Of a stretch of DNA of 64,000 nt, positions 30,359-41,607 are shown piece by piece. A program made the translations under genes and the position numbers. The number at the start of each line of letters is the position of its first letter. The first letter of the stretch is position 1. The notes beneath the pieces are model-generated. The model worked only from the letters and a program-made list of their open reading frames with translations, had not been told where the DNA came from and did no database searches. The stretch comes from Gammaproteobacteria bacterium (GTDB lineage Bacteria > Pseudomonadota > Gammaproteobacteria > SZUA-229), in the NCBI GenBank assembly GCA_029881275.1, contig JAOUMX010000001.1, positions 38,949 through 102,948 of the forward strand, given 5' to 3'.

Positions 30359-31191
30359 TGGATTTATGTGGTTATCAGGTCGGTCTTGATCAGCCTTTTT
30401 TCCTGTTAGCCGGACCTTGTGTTATTGAAAGTGAAGCACTGGCGCTTGAAACGGCAGCGGCATTAAAGGGGATTGCCGAAAGGTTGAATATTCCTTTTAT
30501 CTACAAATCATCGTTTGATAAGGCAAATCGTTCTTCCATGGACAGTTTTCGTGGTCTTGGCATGGAGCAGGGGCTTCGCATACTGGAAAAAGTAAAAACT
30601 GAACTGGGTGTGCCTGTTATTACAGATGTACATGAAGATACACCTATGAATGAAGTGGCGGATGTTGTTGATATTCTTCAAACGCCGGCTTTTTTATGCA
30701 GACAAACAAATTTTATTCTCAAGGTCGCATCTGCTGGTAAACCTGTCAATATCAAAAAAGGGCAATTTATGGCGCCCTGGGATATGAAAAATGTTGTTGA
30801 TAAAGCGCGTTCAACGGGTAATCAGCAAATAATGGTCTGTGATCGTGGCGTTTCTTTTGGCTATAACAATCTGGTATCTGATATGCGCGGTCTGGCTGTC
30901 ATGCGTGATACAGGTTGCCCTGTTGTATTTGATGCTACCCATTCTGTTCAGTTGCCGGGTGGTCAGGGTACATCATCCGGTGGCCAAAGAGAGCACGTGC
31001 CGGTACTGGCAAGGGCTGCTGTGGCAGCAGGAATTTCTGGACTGTTTATGGAAACGCATCCGAATCCTGATAAGGCATTAAGTGATGGTCCTAATGCCTG
31101 GCCGCTGGCGAAAATGGAATCCCTGTTATCGACACTGAAGGATATTGACCAGCTGGTAAAGCAACGTCCTTTTGAAGAATTAAATATTTAA
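30358..31191 (+). CDS. kdsA: 2-dehydro-3-deoxyphosphooctonate aldolase (KDO8P synthase)
   Basis: 277 aa with '[12 protein letters not shown]' and '[13 protein letters not shown]'. Overlaps the pyrG stop. Confidence 0.94.
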
Positions 31192-31247
31192 AATAGCAAG
31201 ATTATTTAATCTTGTATTTACATGAACACTGATAAGTAAGTTATTGA

Positions 31248-32543
<1,296 letters not shown>

Positions 32544-32546
32544 CTG

Positions 32547-32840
32547 GTGAAATGGCTTATTGCTTTACTCATTGGTCTGTTACTGCTGTTGCAGTACAGG
32601 CTATGGGTAGGAGACGGTGGCCTACCTGAGGTTTTGCATCTTAAAAGTGAAGTTGAGTACGCAAAACAGCAGAAAATAGAATTACAGGAACGCAACAATA
32701 GTCTTGATGCGGAAGTTACTGATCTTAAAAAAGGCCTCGAAGCAATAGAAGAAAGAGCCAGAAGTGAGATGGGTATGATTGGTAAGGATGAAATTTTTTA
32801 TCAGATTATTACAACACCGGAAGATGATACTTCAGAATGA
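32547..32840 (+). CDS. ftsB: Cell division protein FtsB
   Basis: 97 aa: TM helix plus coiled coil, placed between eno and ispD. GTG start. Confidence 0.8.
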   Translation: MKWLIALLIGLLLLLQYRLWVGDGGLPEVLHLKSEVEYAKQQKIELQERNNSLDAEVTDLKKGLEAIEERARSEMGMIGKDEIFYQIITTPEDDTSE

Positions 32841-33556
32841 AAAACAATAAATCCTTCTGGGCGGTAATCCCCGCAGCGGGAATTGGCAAACGCATGGCAG
32901 CAGATAAGCCAAAACAGTATCTTGAGTTACAAAATAAAACTGTTATAGAACATTGTCTGCAAAAATTACTCGATCACCCGGATATTACAGGCGCGATTGT
33001 CTCCCTCGATGAAAACGATAGTTACTGGCCGGTGATCAATTTTTCACATCAAAAACCTGTTCTGACTTCAGTCGGTGGCAGTGAACGATATGATTCGGTC
33101 ATTAATGCATTAATCGCATTAGAAAAATATTTAGCCAGGGAAGATTTAGATCAAGTCTGGGTGCTGGTGCACGATGCTGCACGTCCCTGTGTTCGTCCTC
33201 AGGATATAAGCAAACTCATTGAAATGGCCAGTTTTGATGATAATGGCGGTCTTCTGGCATGTCCGGTACGTGATACCATGAAGCGTCAGCAGGAAAATCA
33301 TCGTGTACAGACCACTATAGACAGGACCGGTCTCTGGCATGCATTAACACCGCAGATGTTCAAGTTAAAGTTGTTAATCAAGGCACTGATTAATGCCCGA
33401 GAAAAAGGACTGCAGGTGACTGATGATGCATCCGCCATGGAGCTTGATGGTTATATGCCATTATTGGTTGAAGGTCATGAAGATAATATAAAAATCACTC
33501 GTCCATTTGATCTGTCATTAGCGAATTTATATTTAAGAGAACAGTTAATTGGCTAA
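32837..33556 (+). CDS. ispD: 2-C-methyl-D-erythritol 4-phosphate cytidylyltransferase
   Basis: '[12 protein letters not shown]' and '[11 protein letters not shown]'. ATGA overlap with ftsB. Confidence 0.93.
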   Translation: MKNNKSFWAVIPAAGIGKRMAADKPKQYLELQNKTVIEHCLQKLLDHPDITGAIVSLDENDSYWPVINFSHQKPVLTSVGGSERYDSVINALIALEKYLAREDLDQVWVLVHDAARPCVRPQDISKLIEMASFDDNGGLLACPVRDTMKRQQENHRVQTTIDRTGLWHALTPQMFKLKLLIKALINAREKGLQVTDDASAMELDGYMPLLVEGHEDNIKITRPFDLSLANLYLREQLIG

Positions 33557-34040
33557 TATTCGCATAGGTCATGGATATGATGTTCATGCTTTTGAAAAGG
33601 GTGATAGCATTATTCTGGGTGGTGTCAGAATACCCCATCATAGCGCTTTCAAAGCACACTCTGATGGTGATGTATTAATTCATGCATTATGTGATGCTTT
33701 ACTGGGTTCATTAGCCTTAGGTGATATAGGTAGGCATTTTCCTGATACAGATGATCAGTATAAAAATGCCAATAGCCGAAATTTACTAAGGCATGTTATG
33801 GGGCTGGTGCAGGACAAGGGTTTCATGATTGTGAATATCGATACAACGATTATTGCCCAGTCACCAAAATTGCAGCCTCATATCGATAAAATGAAAGCTA
33901 ATTTATGTCAGGATCTGATGATTACTGAGCAGCAACTGAATATCAAGGCAACCACTACAGAGTCGCTTGGATTTACAGGCAGGGAAGAGGGTATTTCCGT
34001 ACACGCAGTGGTGTTGATACAAGACAATAAACAAAATTGA
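33549..34040 (+). CDS. ispF: 2-C-methyl-D-erythritol 2,4-cyclodiphosphate synthase
   Basis: '[12 protein letters not shown]' and '[11 protein letters not shown]'. TTG start overlapping ispD. Confidence 0.93.
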   Translation: MANIRIGHGYDVHAFEKGDSIILGGVRIPHHSAFKAHSDGDVLIHALCDALLGSLALGDIGRHFPDTDDQYKNANSRNLLRHVMGLVQDKGFMIVNIDTTIIAQSPKLQPHIDKMKANLCQDLMITEQQLNIKATTTESLGFTGREEGISVHAVVLIQDNKQN

Positions 34041-34091
34041 AATAATCACATATAATCATTTGTTAATGATAATTATTTAATAAATGACTGA

Positions 34092-34700
34092 ATGTTGATT
34101 TATATACATGGTTTTAATAGTTCTCCAGCTTCGTTCAAGGCAAAGCTGCTTAAATCCTATATGACCTCATTAGGTCTAGAGCAACGTTTGCTAATACCTG
34201 AGCTTTCGGCCGTACCCAGCAAAGCAATTTCACAACTAGAAAAACTGATTCGTAACCCAAAGTTAACAAATAAATTCGGAGCAAATTGCCCATTGAGCTT
34301 AATTGGTAGTTCGCTGGGTGGTTTTTATGCTACCTGGTTAGCCGAGAAATACGATACTCGAGCCGTACTGATTAATCCTGCTGTTAATGCATATGAATTG
34401 CTGGATGACTATCTGGGTGAGAATATCAATTACTATACCAATGAGAAATATGAGTTGACCGAAGAACACGTCGAGCAATTGCGTCGTCTGGAGGTTGATA
34501 ATATTACAAATCCAGATCGCTATTTATTGATGTTACAAACCGGTGATGAAGTGCTTGATTATAAACTGGCAATGGAAAAATATTCAGCTGTACCTTCCAT
34601 CGTTGAAGAGGGGGGTGGTCATGAATTTATGGGGTTTGATCGTCATTTAAAAACAGTCCTTGCATTTTGTGGTATAAATTGTCTAAAAACTTATAACTGA
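34092..34700 (+). CDS. yqiA: Esterase YqiA (alpha/beta hydrolase, UPF0227)
   Basis: 'MLIYIHGFNSSP' and nucleophile elbow 'GSSLGG'. Confidence 0.8.
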   Translation: MLIYIHGFNSSPASFKAKLLKSYMTSLGLEQRLLIPELSAVPSKAISQLEKLIRNPKLTNKFGANCPLSLIGSSLGGFYATWLAEKYDTRAVLINPAVNAYELLDDYLGENINYYTNEKYELTEEHVEQLRRLEVDNITNPDRYLLMLQTGDEVLDYKLAMEKYSAVPSIVEEGGGHEFMGFDRHLKTVLAFCGINCLKTYN

Positions 34701-34710
34701 AGGAAACAAA

Positions 34711-35757
34711 ATGTCACTAGGCCCTGTCATGTTAGACCTGGTGGGTACTGGTATAAATCCAGATGAGAGAGAAATGATGCTGCATCCGCAAACAGGCGGT
34801 GTCATCCTATTTACCCGAAATTATGAATCCCCGGAACAGATTGCAGATTTAGTTAAAGAAATTCATTCTTTAAGATCACCCCATTTGATTGTGGCCGTAG
34901 ATCATGAAGGTGGACGTGTACAGCGGTTCCGTGAAGGCTTTACACGGATTCCTCCAGCGGCAATTTATGGCGAGATTTATAAAAATAATCCAAAAGAGGC
35001 AAGAAATCTGGCTGAGAAATTTGGCTGGTTGATGGCTATCGAATGTCGAGCCGTCGGTATCGATATTAGTTTTGCACCCGTACTGGATCTTGGGCTGGGT
35101 ATCAGTGGTGTTATTGGTGATCGGGCTTTTAGTTCCAGTCCAGATCTGGTGGCCGAATTGGCTGGATCATTTATGCGTGGCATGCAAACTGCTGGCATGG
35201 CAGCCACAGGAAAACATTTTCCCGGGCATGGTTCAATAAAAGAAGATACTCATGTGGCTCATCCTGTTGATCATCGGCCATTAAATGAAATCATGATGGA
35301 AGATGTCCGGCCATTTGAACGTATGATTCGTTATGGCATGGCAGCAATTATGCCGGCACATGTTGTTTATTCGCAGGTAGATGATAAACCCGCAGGGTAT
35401 TCTTCTATCTGGTTACAGGACATTCTAAGACATCAGCTCGGTTTTCAGGGTGTTATTTTTAGTGATGATCTTTCTATGGAAGCGGCTGGTATTGTTGGTA
35501 ATTTTGCTGATAGAGCCAAAACAGCATTATCTGCAGGTTGTGATATGGTACTTGTTTGTAATCATCCTGAAGCTGCAGCTCAGGTTCTTGAAAGTCTGGA
35601 AGATTATTCTAATCCTGCTTCACAAACAAGATTAATTAGAATGCATGGGCGCCATTTGGTAGATCGTATGCAATTACAGGCTTCAACAGAATGGCAACAA
35701 ACGGTTCAGTTAATTGAGAAAATTGATGAAAATCCCTGGCTTGAAATGGATGTCTGA
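34711..35757 (+). CDS. nagZ: Beta-N-acetylhexosaminidase (glycoside hydrolase family 3)
   Basis: 'MLDLVGTGINPDEREMMLHPQTGGVILFTRNY' and 'KHFPGHG'. Confidence 0.92.
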   Translation: MSLGPVMLDLVGTGINPDEREMMLHPQTGGVILFTRNYESPEQIADLVKEIHSLRSPHLIVAVDHEGGRVQRFREGFTRIPPAAIYGEIYKNNPKEARNLAEKFGWLMAIECRAVGIDISFAPVLDLGLGISGVIGDRAFSSSPDLVAELAGSFMRGMQTAGMAATGKHFPGHGSIKEDTHVAHPVDHRPLNEIMMEDVRPFERMIRYGMAAIMPAHVVYSQVDDKPAGYSSIWLQDILRHQLGFQGVIFSDDLSMEAAGIVGNFADRAKTALSAGCDMVLVCNHPEAAAQVLESLEDYSNPASQTRLIRMHGRHLVDRMQLQASTEWQQTVQLIEKIDENPWLEMDV

Positions 35758-35777
35758 TAATTTTTCTGGAAAATGAA

Positions 35778-36887
35778 ATGAGTTTTGATGAGCTGATTAA
35801 TAAATTAAATTTCTTTGATAGTGAGCATGCCTGGATTTCACAGGTATTTATTGTTGTACTGGTATCACTAATTTTAGATTTTGTACAAAAAATTATTTTA
35901 AATAAACTGCATATAAAACTGGAGTCAACAAAAAATCGCTGGGATGACATATTCATTGTTTCTGCGAAAAAGCCACTGAGTTACCTTATCTGGTTAATTG
36001 GTATTACATTAGCGGCTGAAATAGTCCAGCACCAAAGTGATGCTGCCATATTTTCAATTATTACACCCATTCGAGAAATTGGTGTGATTTTGATTATTAT
36101 GCTGTTTCTTCTTAAGCTTGTGCAAGGTGCTCAGGATATTTTTATTGAAAGCGAGACTAAAACAGGTGAAAAGGATTTTGATAGGCACACAGTAGAAGCT
36201 ATAGCTAAATTGTTTCGCGCTTCGATACTTATCACCGGTGCATTAGTGATGTTACAGACATTGGGATACAGTATTTCTGGCGTGTTGGCATTTGGTGGTA
36301 TTGGTGGTGTTGCTGTTGGTTTTGCCGCCAAAGATATGTTGGCTAACTTTTTTGGTGGACTAATGATTTACCTGGAGAGGCCATTTAAAATTGGAGACTG
36401 GATTCGCTCAAATGACAGAGATATAGAGGGTACGGTTGAACATATTGGTTGGCGGCTTACGCGTATTCGGACTTTTGATAAACGTCCTCTGTATGTGCCA
36501 AATTCCGTGTTCTCAAATATAGCGGTTGAAAATCCTTCGAGAATGACTAATCGACGTATATATGAAACCATTGGTATTCGATATGGCGATGCACATAAAA
36601 TGGAAAATATAGTTTCACAAGTAAAACAGATGTTACTTAGTCACCCAGAAATAGATACTCAACAAACATTAATTGTTAATTTTAATAAGTTTGCTTCTTC
36701 ATCTGTTGATTTCTTTATTTACACTTTTACCAAAACTACTGACTGGATAGCGTTTCATGAAATTAAACAGGATGTTTTGCTTAAAATTATGAGTATAATT
36801 GAGTCTAATAATGCGGAAATAGCATTTCCGACCTCGACACTGCATGTGCAGACTATGCCTAAAGTTACTGATCCGGAGATACATTAA
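35778..36887 (+). CDS. Mechanosensitive channel, MscS family
   Basis: TM helices followed by a beta-domain region ('FKIGDWIRSNDRDIEGTVEHIGWRLTRIRTFDKRPLYVPNS'). Confidence 0.85.
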   Translation: MSFDELINKLNFFDSEHAWISQVFIVVLVSLILDFVQKIILNKLHIKLESTKNRWDDIFIVSAKKPLSYLIWLIGITLAAEIVQHQSDAAIFSIITPIREIGVILIIMLFLLKLVQGAQDIFIESETKTGEKDFDRHTVEAIAKLFRASILITGALVMLQTLGYSISGVLAFGGIGGVAVGFAAKDMLANFFGGLMIYLERPFKIGDWIRSNDRDIEGTVEHIGWRLTRIRTFDKRPLYVPNSVFSNIAVENPSRMTNRRIYETIGIRYGDAHKMENIVSQVKQMLLSHPEIDTQQTLIVNFNKFASSSVDFFIYTFTKTTDWIAFHEIKQDVLLKIMSIIESNNAEIAFPTSTLHVQTMPKVTDPEIH

Positions 36888-37255
36888 TGGCAGATAAATT
36901 GCTTGTGGTTATGGCAAATACAGATTTATCCAATGCGGCTGAACTTGTGCCTCCTTTACTACAGGCAACTGTCGCTGCGGCTATGGAGTATGAGGTCGAA
37001 ATATTGCTAACAGGAAAGGCAGGGCGCCTGGCTATGAAAGGTGTTGCTGAAGAACTGGTTTTTATGGAGTCAGATAAAAAAACTGTATACGATCATATTA
37101 AACAGGCTAAAGCAGCTGGTGTTGTATTTAAAGTTTGTACGCCTGCCTTAAAGTTATGGGGTGATGATTTGATACCAGAAATTAACGAAACTGTGGGTGG
37201 TGCCTATATCATCAGTGAAGCGATGAATGATGGTGTTGTTACCTTTACATATTAA
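36887..37255 (+). CDS. DsrE/DsrF/TusD-like (YchN-fold) small protein
   Basis: 122-aa soluble protein with the 'LLVVMANTD' start typical of the DsrE-like fold and a single Cys in 'VFKVCTPAL'. ATGA overlap with the mscS stop. Confidence 0.5.
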   Translation: MADKLLVVMANTDLSNAAELVPPLLQATVAAAMEYEVEILLTGKAGRLAMKGVAEELVFMESDKKTVYDHIKQAKAAGVVFKVCTPALKLWGDDLIPEINETVGGAYIISEAMNDGVVTFTY

Positions 37256-37261
37256 ATTACT

Positions 37262-37825
37262 ATGATTACTTTAAAAAAAGCTCAGTCTGTTCTTGATAAT
37301 GCTTCTTTAATATATGATGCAACGAGTATATCAAACGCTATCGATAAAATGGCCAGTGACATAGAGGCCGAAGTTTTAAAAACTAATGATGATCCTTTGC
37401 CGGTTATTGTTATCAGTGTAATGAATGGTGGCCTAATTCTGGCAGGTCATTTATTAACCCGGTTAAATATTCCTGTGCATGTCGATTTTATTCATGCCAC
37501 GCGTTATAGAAATCAGACCAGTGGTGGTGATCTTGAATGGAAGGTTGAACCTCATCAATCGATTAATAACCGGCGTGTACTGATTGTCGATGATATTCTT
37601 GATGAAGGATTTACACTTGATGAAATCGTAAACTATTGCAGATCTCAGGGAGTCAGAAAAGTCTGGACAGCTGTTCTGGTGAAAAAAAATCATCCTCGTT
37701 TAAAAGCAGACATTAACAGTGACTTTGTTGGTTTAATGGTTGAAGATCGATATGTTTTTGGATTTGGCATGGATTATAAAGGTTATCATAGAAATCTTAA
37801 TGCAATTTATGCAGCGAATGACTAA
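37262..37825 (+). CDS. hpt: Hypoxanthine-guanine phosphoribosyltransferase (type I PRTase)
   Basis: PRPP-binding motif 'VLIVDDILDEGFTL'. Confidence 0.85.
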   Translation: MITLKKAQSVLDNASLIYDATSISNAIDKMASDIEAEVLKTNDDPLPVIVISVMNGGLILAGHLLTRLNIPVHVDFIHATRYRNQTSGGDLEWKVEPHQSINNRRVLIVDDILDEGFTLDEIVNYCRSQGVRKVWTAVLVKKNHPRLKADINSDFVGLMVEDRYVFGFGMDYKGYHRNLNAIYAAND

Positions 37826-37852
37826 CAAATTTACCTGATTGAGAAATACAGA

Positions 37853-38605
37853 ATGTCTTTAATAGCAATTATTGGTGGAACGGGTTTAACACAATTAGTA
37901 AACCTGGAGATTACCCACAAAGAAATGGTTAATACACCCTATGGAGCACCCTCTGGGCCACTGACGTTTGGCAAAATTTGTGGTCTGGACGTGGTCTTTC
38001 TTGCCCGCCATGGTTACCGACATACAATTCCGCCACACATGGTTAACTACCGTGCTAATTTATGGGCATTAAAAGAGGCAGGGGCAAATAAAATTATTGC
38101 AGTCGCCGCTGTCGGTGGTATTACGCCTGAAATGAAACCGGAGGCCATAGTTATTCCGGACCAGATAATTGATTATACTCATAGTCGTGCACAAACCTTC
38201 TTTGAGAGCGATCTCAGCTTTGTCACTCATATTGATTTTAGTTACCCCTATAACGATGAATTAAGGCAGATTTTGCTAAAAAGTGCTGATCAGCTTGATA
38301 TTGCGGCGGTTGATGGAGGGGTATATGCCGCTACGCAGGGTCCCAGACTGGAAACCTCAGCCGAAATAAATAAACTTGAGCGTGATGGTTGTGACATTGT
38401 GGGTATGACCGGAATGCCTGAAGCAGCGCTGGCCAGAGAGCTGGAGCTTGACTATGCGGCCTGTGCACTGGTTGTTAACTGGGCGGCAGGGCGTAATAAT
38501 GGCCATGAAATCAGCTTGACTGAGATGGAAAAATGCCTGGAAGCCGGAATGGCACGTGTTCGGCATCTGCTGGAACTGGCATTACCGATGATCTGTAACC
38601 AGTGA
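37853..38605 (+). CDS. mtnP: 5'-methylthioadenosine / 5'-methylthioinosine phosphorylase (PNP/MTAP family)
   Basis: 'IAIIGGTGL', 'VVFLARHGYRHTIPPHMVNYRANLWALK', 'VGMTGMPEAALARE'. Confidence 0.85.
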   Translation: MSLIAIIGGTGLTQLVNLEITHKEMVNTPYGAPSGPLTFGKICGLDVVFLARHGYRHTIPPHMVNYRANLWALKEAGANKIIAVAAVGGITPEMKPEAIVIPDQIIDYTHSRAQTFFESDLSFVTHIDFSYPYNDELRQILLKSADQLDIAAVDGGVYAATQGPRLETSAEINKLERDGCDIVGMTGMPEAALARELELDYAACALVVNWAAGRNNGHEISLTEMEKCLEAGMARVRHLLELALPMICNQ

Positions 38606-38692
38606 TGCACCTCAAACATTGTTAATTTTTTCTGCAAGATTGATGGCGATGTTATAAAATACCGCCGCATTTTCAATTATTTAGGTTCATTT

Positions 38693-39274
38693 ATGTCACG
38701 TACAGATTCCATGCCGGAAGTTCAGGGTTTTCAGAAGATTATTCGGGCATTACGCTACCATGAAGCTTCACGCCAGTGGTTTGCTATCATATTCGTTTTG
38801 CTGGTCAGTTATTTTGGAAGTACCTCAGAAATATTGTTTCTCACTGGCTCCATTATCGCAGTAATCGGCATTATCATTCGTCTATGGGCTTCCGGTTATG
38901 TAATGAAAAATAAAGTGTTATCGACCACAGGTCCTTATGCCTATGTTAGGCATCCTTTGTATGTCGGTAATATTCTTTTATTAGCTGGTTTCTCGATAGC
39001 ATCAGGTTTGTGGTGGTCATATCTGCTTATGGCTGGGTTGCTATGGTTTTATTATCCGCCTACCATCTCATATGAAGATAATAAATTACACGGTTTATTT
39101 GGTGAAGAATGGGAAAACTGGAGTAAAGATGTAAAAGCACTAATCCCAACATTTCCAGGTAAAGCCGGTAGTCTCAAAAGTGAATGGTCACTGAAGAAAA
39201 GCTTCATTCAGAATGGTGAGCCAGTAATCGTAGCTTATCTGATCTGGTGTTTATATCTGTTATATACAAATTAA
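38693..39274 (+). CDS. Isoprenylcysteine carboxyl methyltransferase (ICMT/PEMT) family membrane methyltransferase
   Basis: Multi-TM protein with 'VRHPLYVGN' and C-terminal 'EDNKLHGLFGEEWENW' (EE-x-L-x3-FG-x2-Y/W signature). Confidence 0.75.
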   Translation: MSRTDSMPEVQGFQKIIRALRYHEASRQWFAIIFVLLVSYFGSTSEILFLTGSIIAVIGIIIRLWASGYVMKNKVLSTTGPYAYVRHPLYVGNILLLAGFSIASGLWWSYLLMAGLLWFYYPPTISYEDNKLHGLFGEEWENWSKDVKALIPTFPGKAGSLKSEWSLKKSFIQNGEPVIVAYLIWCLYLLYTN

Positions 39275-39285
39275 TATTTTACTAG

Positions 39286-39987
39286 ATGGCTCAACAACTG
39301 CCAGAAGGTATTAACGAAAATGAACTTGCTCAATGGATTGAGTCAAGTCTCGCTGAAAGCAAAAATTTCCTTTCCAGTGGTTTACAGGGTCAGACCCTGA
39401 TCTATAAAAAAATGCATCCTGCGCTGGTAATTAAAGTTCCTCACGGTAAGGGGCTAATGTACTTGCTTAATAAACGTATGCTTAAACACGAGCATGATGT
39501 TTATCTTAAGTTAAACGGCTTTGCAGGTTCACCTAAATGTTACGGTATGGTTGCTAATAAATATCTTGCGCTTGAATATATTGAGGGTAAGCCCATTAGA
39601 AATCTTCGTCCAGTAGATGAAGATAATTATTTTAAATCGTTACTTGAATATATTAAACAGTTGCATACTTATGATGTAGCGCATATGGATTTAAAGAAAA
39701 GAGATAATCTCCTCGTTAGCAGTAATGATCAACCCCGTATAATAGATTTTGGTGCAGCTGTTATATATAAGCGCGGATTTCATCCATTCAATCATTTTTG
39801 GTATGGTCTGGCCAGGCAATTTGACTATAATGCCTGGTTTGTTCATAAATATCGTGATAAACCGGAAAATACTATAGAAGAGGGTGACAGGCAGTATTAT
39901 AGTTATACGCTTGTTGAGCGTGTATCACGTAAAATAAAACGATTTTATAAAGATCGATTACGTTACGTCTTTAAATCAAGGCGTTAA
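39286..39987 (+). CDS. Small protein-kinase-fold protein (LPS/Kdo-kinase or RIO-like family)
   Basis: Invariant-Lys region 'ALVIKV', catalytic loop 'AHMDLKKRDNLLV', metal-binding 'IIDFGAA'. 233 aa. Sits 12 nt after the methyltransferase. Confidence 0.6.
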   Translation: MAQQLPEGINENELAQWIESSLAESKNFLSSGLQGQTLIYKKMHPALVIKVPHGKGLMYLLNKRMLKHEHDVYLKLNGFAGSPKCYGMVANKYLALEYIEGKPIRNLRPVDEDNYFKSLLEYIKQLHTYDVAHMDLKKRDNLLVSSNDQPRIIDFGAAVIYKRGFHPFNHFWYGLARQFDYNAWFVHKYRDKPENTIEEGDRQYYSYTLVERVSRKIKRFYKDRLRYVFKSRR

Positions 39988-40136
39988 TATTATTGGTGTT
40001 AATTGTATGCTTATGAAAATAAGCAATTTACTAACATGCGTCATAGTATTTTCTTATATTAATATTTATTATCGGTTGTTTGTAGGATTTTCTTCTTATT
40101 TAAAAAATAAGGTATAAATACAGACTAGATAATTAT

Positions 40137-41321
40137 ATGAAGACATTTAAAACACTAATTCCTGTTTTGTTTCTGATAGCATTGTCATTTTATGGTTATT
40201 ATAAATATGTTCAATTCCCTTCAGTTATTATAAACGGGATTGTTTTCTTACCTGTTTTTCTAGCTGTACTTGTTGTTGGTCTGGCTATTCATTTTAATCG
40301 TAGTTCGGTTTTCTTTTATGCAGTGACTATCATAATAGCTAACCTCGTGCTTGGGCTGAGCCTGGCCAGTACCGAATTAAGCTATGCATTATTGTCTATT
40401 TTTCTGCCATTATTAATTCCTGTTATAACAATGTTGCCTGAAAGAGGAATAATAAGTGCCAGGGCTATACCCGCATATACAGTATTTTTAATCGCTATTC
40501 TATTTTCTGTTGTAGTGATAATGACTTCAGCAGAATGGGCTAATTATATTTTTCTGACGAACTGGTTACCACCTCGTTATTTTGACTGGACACATCAATC
40601 ACAAACTGTTCTGATCATTTCATTTTTAGCCACTATTTATATGATTGTGCTTTATTTTCTCAGGCCTTCTCCTCATGTTGCTTCTGGATTAGGAATTATG
40701 ATCATGCTGATTGTTCAGTTACATTCTGGTCATGTTAGTAGAAGTCTTAATATATTTAGCAGTATCGCATTTTTCATGTGCCTTTATGCTGTTATGCAGG
40801 AGTCCTGGCGTATGGCATATCTTGATGAGTTAACTGAGTTACCATCAAGAAGAGCTTTGCGTGAAAAGTTTCAAAAAATAAGTGGTTTATATGCTGTTGC
40901 TATGCTGGATGTGGATCATTTTAAGAAATTCAATGATACATATGGTCATGATACTGGTGATGCGGTATTGCGTATGATCGCCACCAAATTGAAGAAGGTT
41001 ACCGGTGGTGGTTCGTATTATCGATATGGTGGCGAAGAATTTACTATCGTCTTTAACGGAAAAAGTACCAATGAAGCAAGGCTCCATCTTGAAAATCTGC
41101 GTGAATTAATTGCAACTACACCTTTTGTTATTAATCGTGCCAGTAGACGAATAAATGATAGAAAAGAAAAAAACAAAAAAAATAAATCCGTGGTGGTTAC
41201 TGTTTCAATTGGCATGGCAGATTCAACTAAAGGCTCTTCATCTCCATGGGATGTAATGAAGTCCGCGGATAAAGCATTGTATCGTGCAAAAGAAAAAGGT
41301 CGAAATTGCCTTTCCGAATGA
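40137..41321 (+). CDS. Integral-membrane diguanylate cyclase (polytopic N-terminal sensor + GGDEF)
   Basis: About 6 TM helices, then 'LDVDHFKKFNDTYGHDTGD' and an intact 'RYGGEEF'. Confidence 0.85.
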   Translation: MKTFKTLIPVLFLIALSFYGYYKYVQFPSVIINGIVFLPVFLAVLVVGLAIHFNRSSVFFYAVTIIIANLVLGLSLASTELSYALLSIFLPLLIPVITMLPERGIISARAIPAYTVFLIAILFSVVVIMTSAEWANYIFLTNWLPPRYFDWTHQSQTVLIISFLATIYMIVLYFLRPSPHVASGLGIMIMLIVQLHSGHVSRSLNIFSSIAFFMCLYAVMQESWRMAYLDELTELPSRRALREKFQKISGLYAVAMLDVDHFKKFNDTYGHDTGDAVLRMIATKLKKVTGGGSYYRYGGEEFTIVFNGKSTNEARLHLENLRELIATTPFVINRASRRINDRKEKNKKNKSVVVTVSIGMADSTKGSSSPWDVMKSADKALYRAKEKGRNCLSE

Positions 41322-41531
41322 ATTCTTCAAAGTCCCTACTACTCTGAATTTTTTAATTCACTGTGTCTAGATCGATTTAACCTTATTTTTTATCTTACTA
41401 TTCAAGCGACGTCAGCGTGAAGTAAGAATATTGTTATTAATAATTAGTATTATTTATGTGGATATAAAAATATACTTGTATTTTGAGTTTTTGACTATAA
41501 TATTTATGTCGGTGAAAGCTGAATTGTTTGT

Positions 41532-41567
41532 AGATTAATTACATATTTTACGTAAGGTAATTAATCT
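41532..41567. promoter_or_regulatory. 36-bp palindrome (11-bp perfect arms agattaattac / gtaattaatct around a TACGTA core), putative operator upstream of the dsrC/tusE-like gene
   Basis: Read directly from the sequence. Lies about 40 bp upstream of the ATG and is followed by a C7 tract at 41578-41584. Confidence 0.45.
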
Positions 41568-41607
41568 GTGTGCTACGCCCCCCCATGCATGAATAGGAGA
41601 AATGTTT

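Noticed and set aside
41322-41607. c-di-GMP (GEMM) riboswitch upstream of the dsrC-like gene
   Set aside because: The leader lacks the GEMM P1/P2 consensus. It contains a DNA palindrome more consistent with a protein operator.
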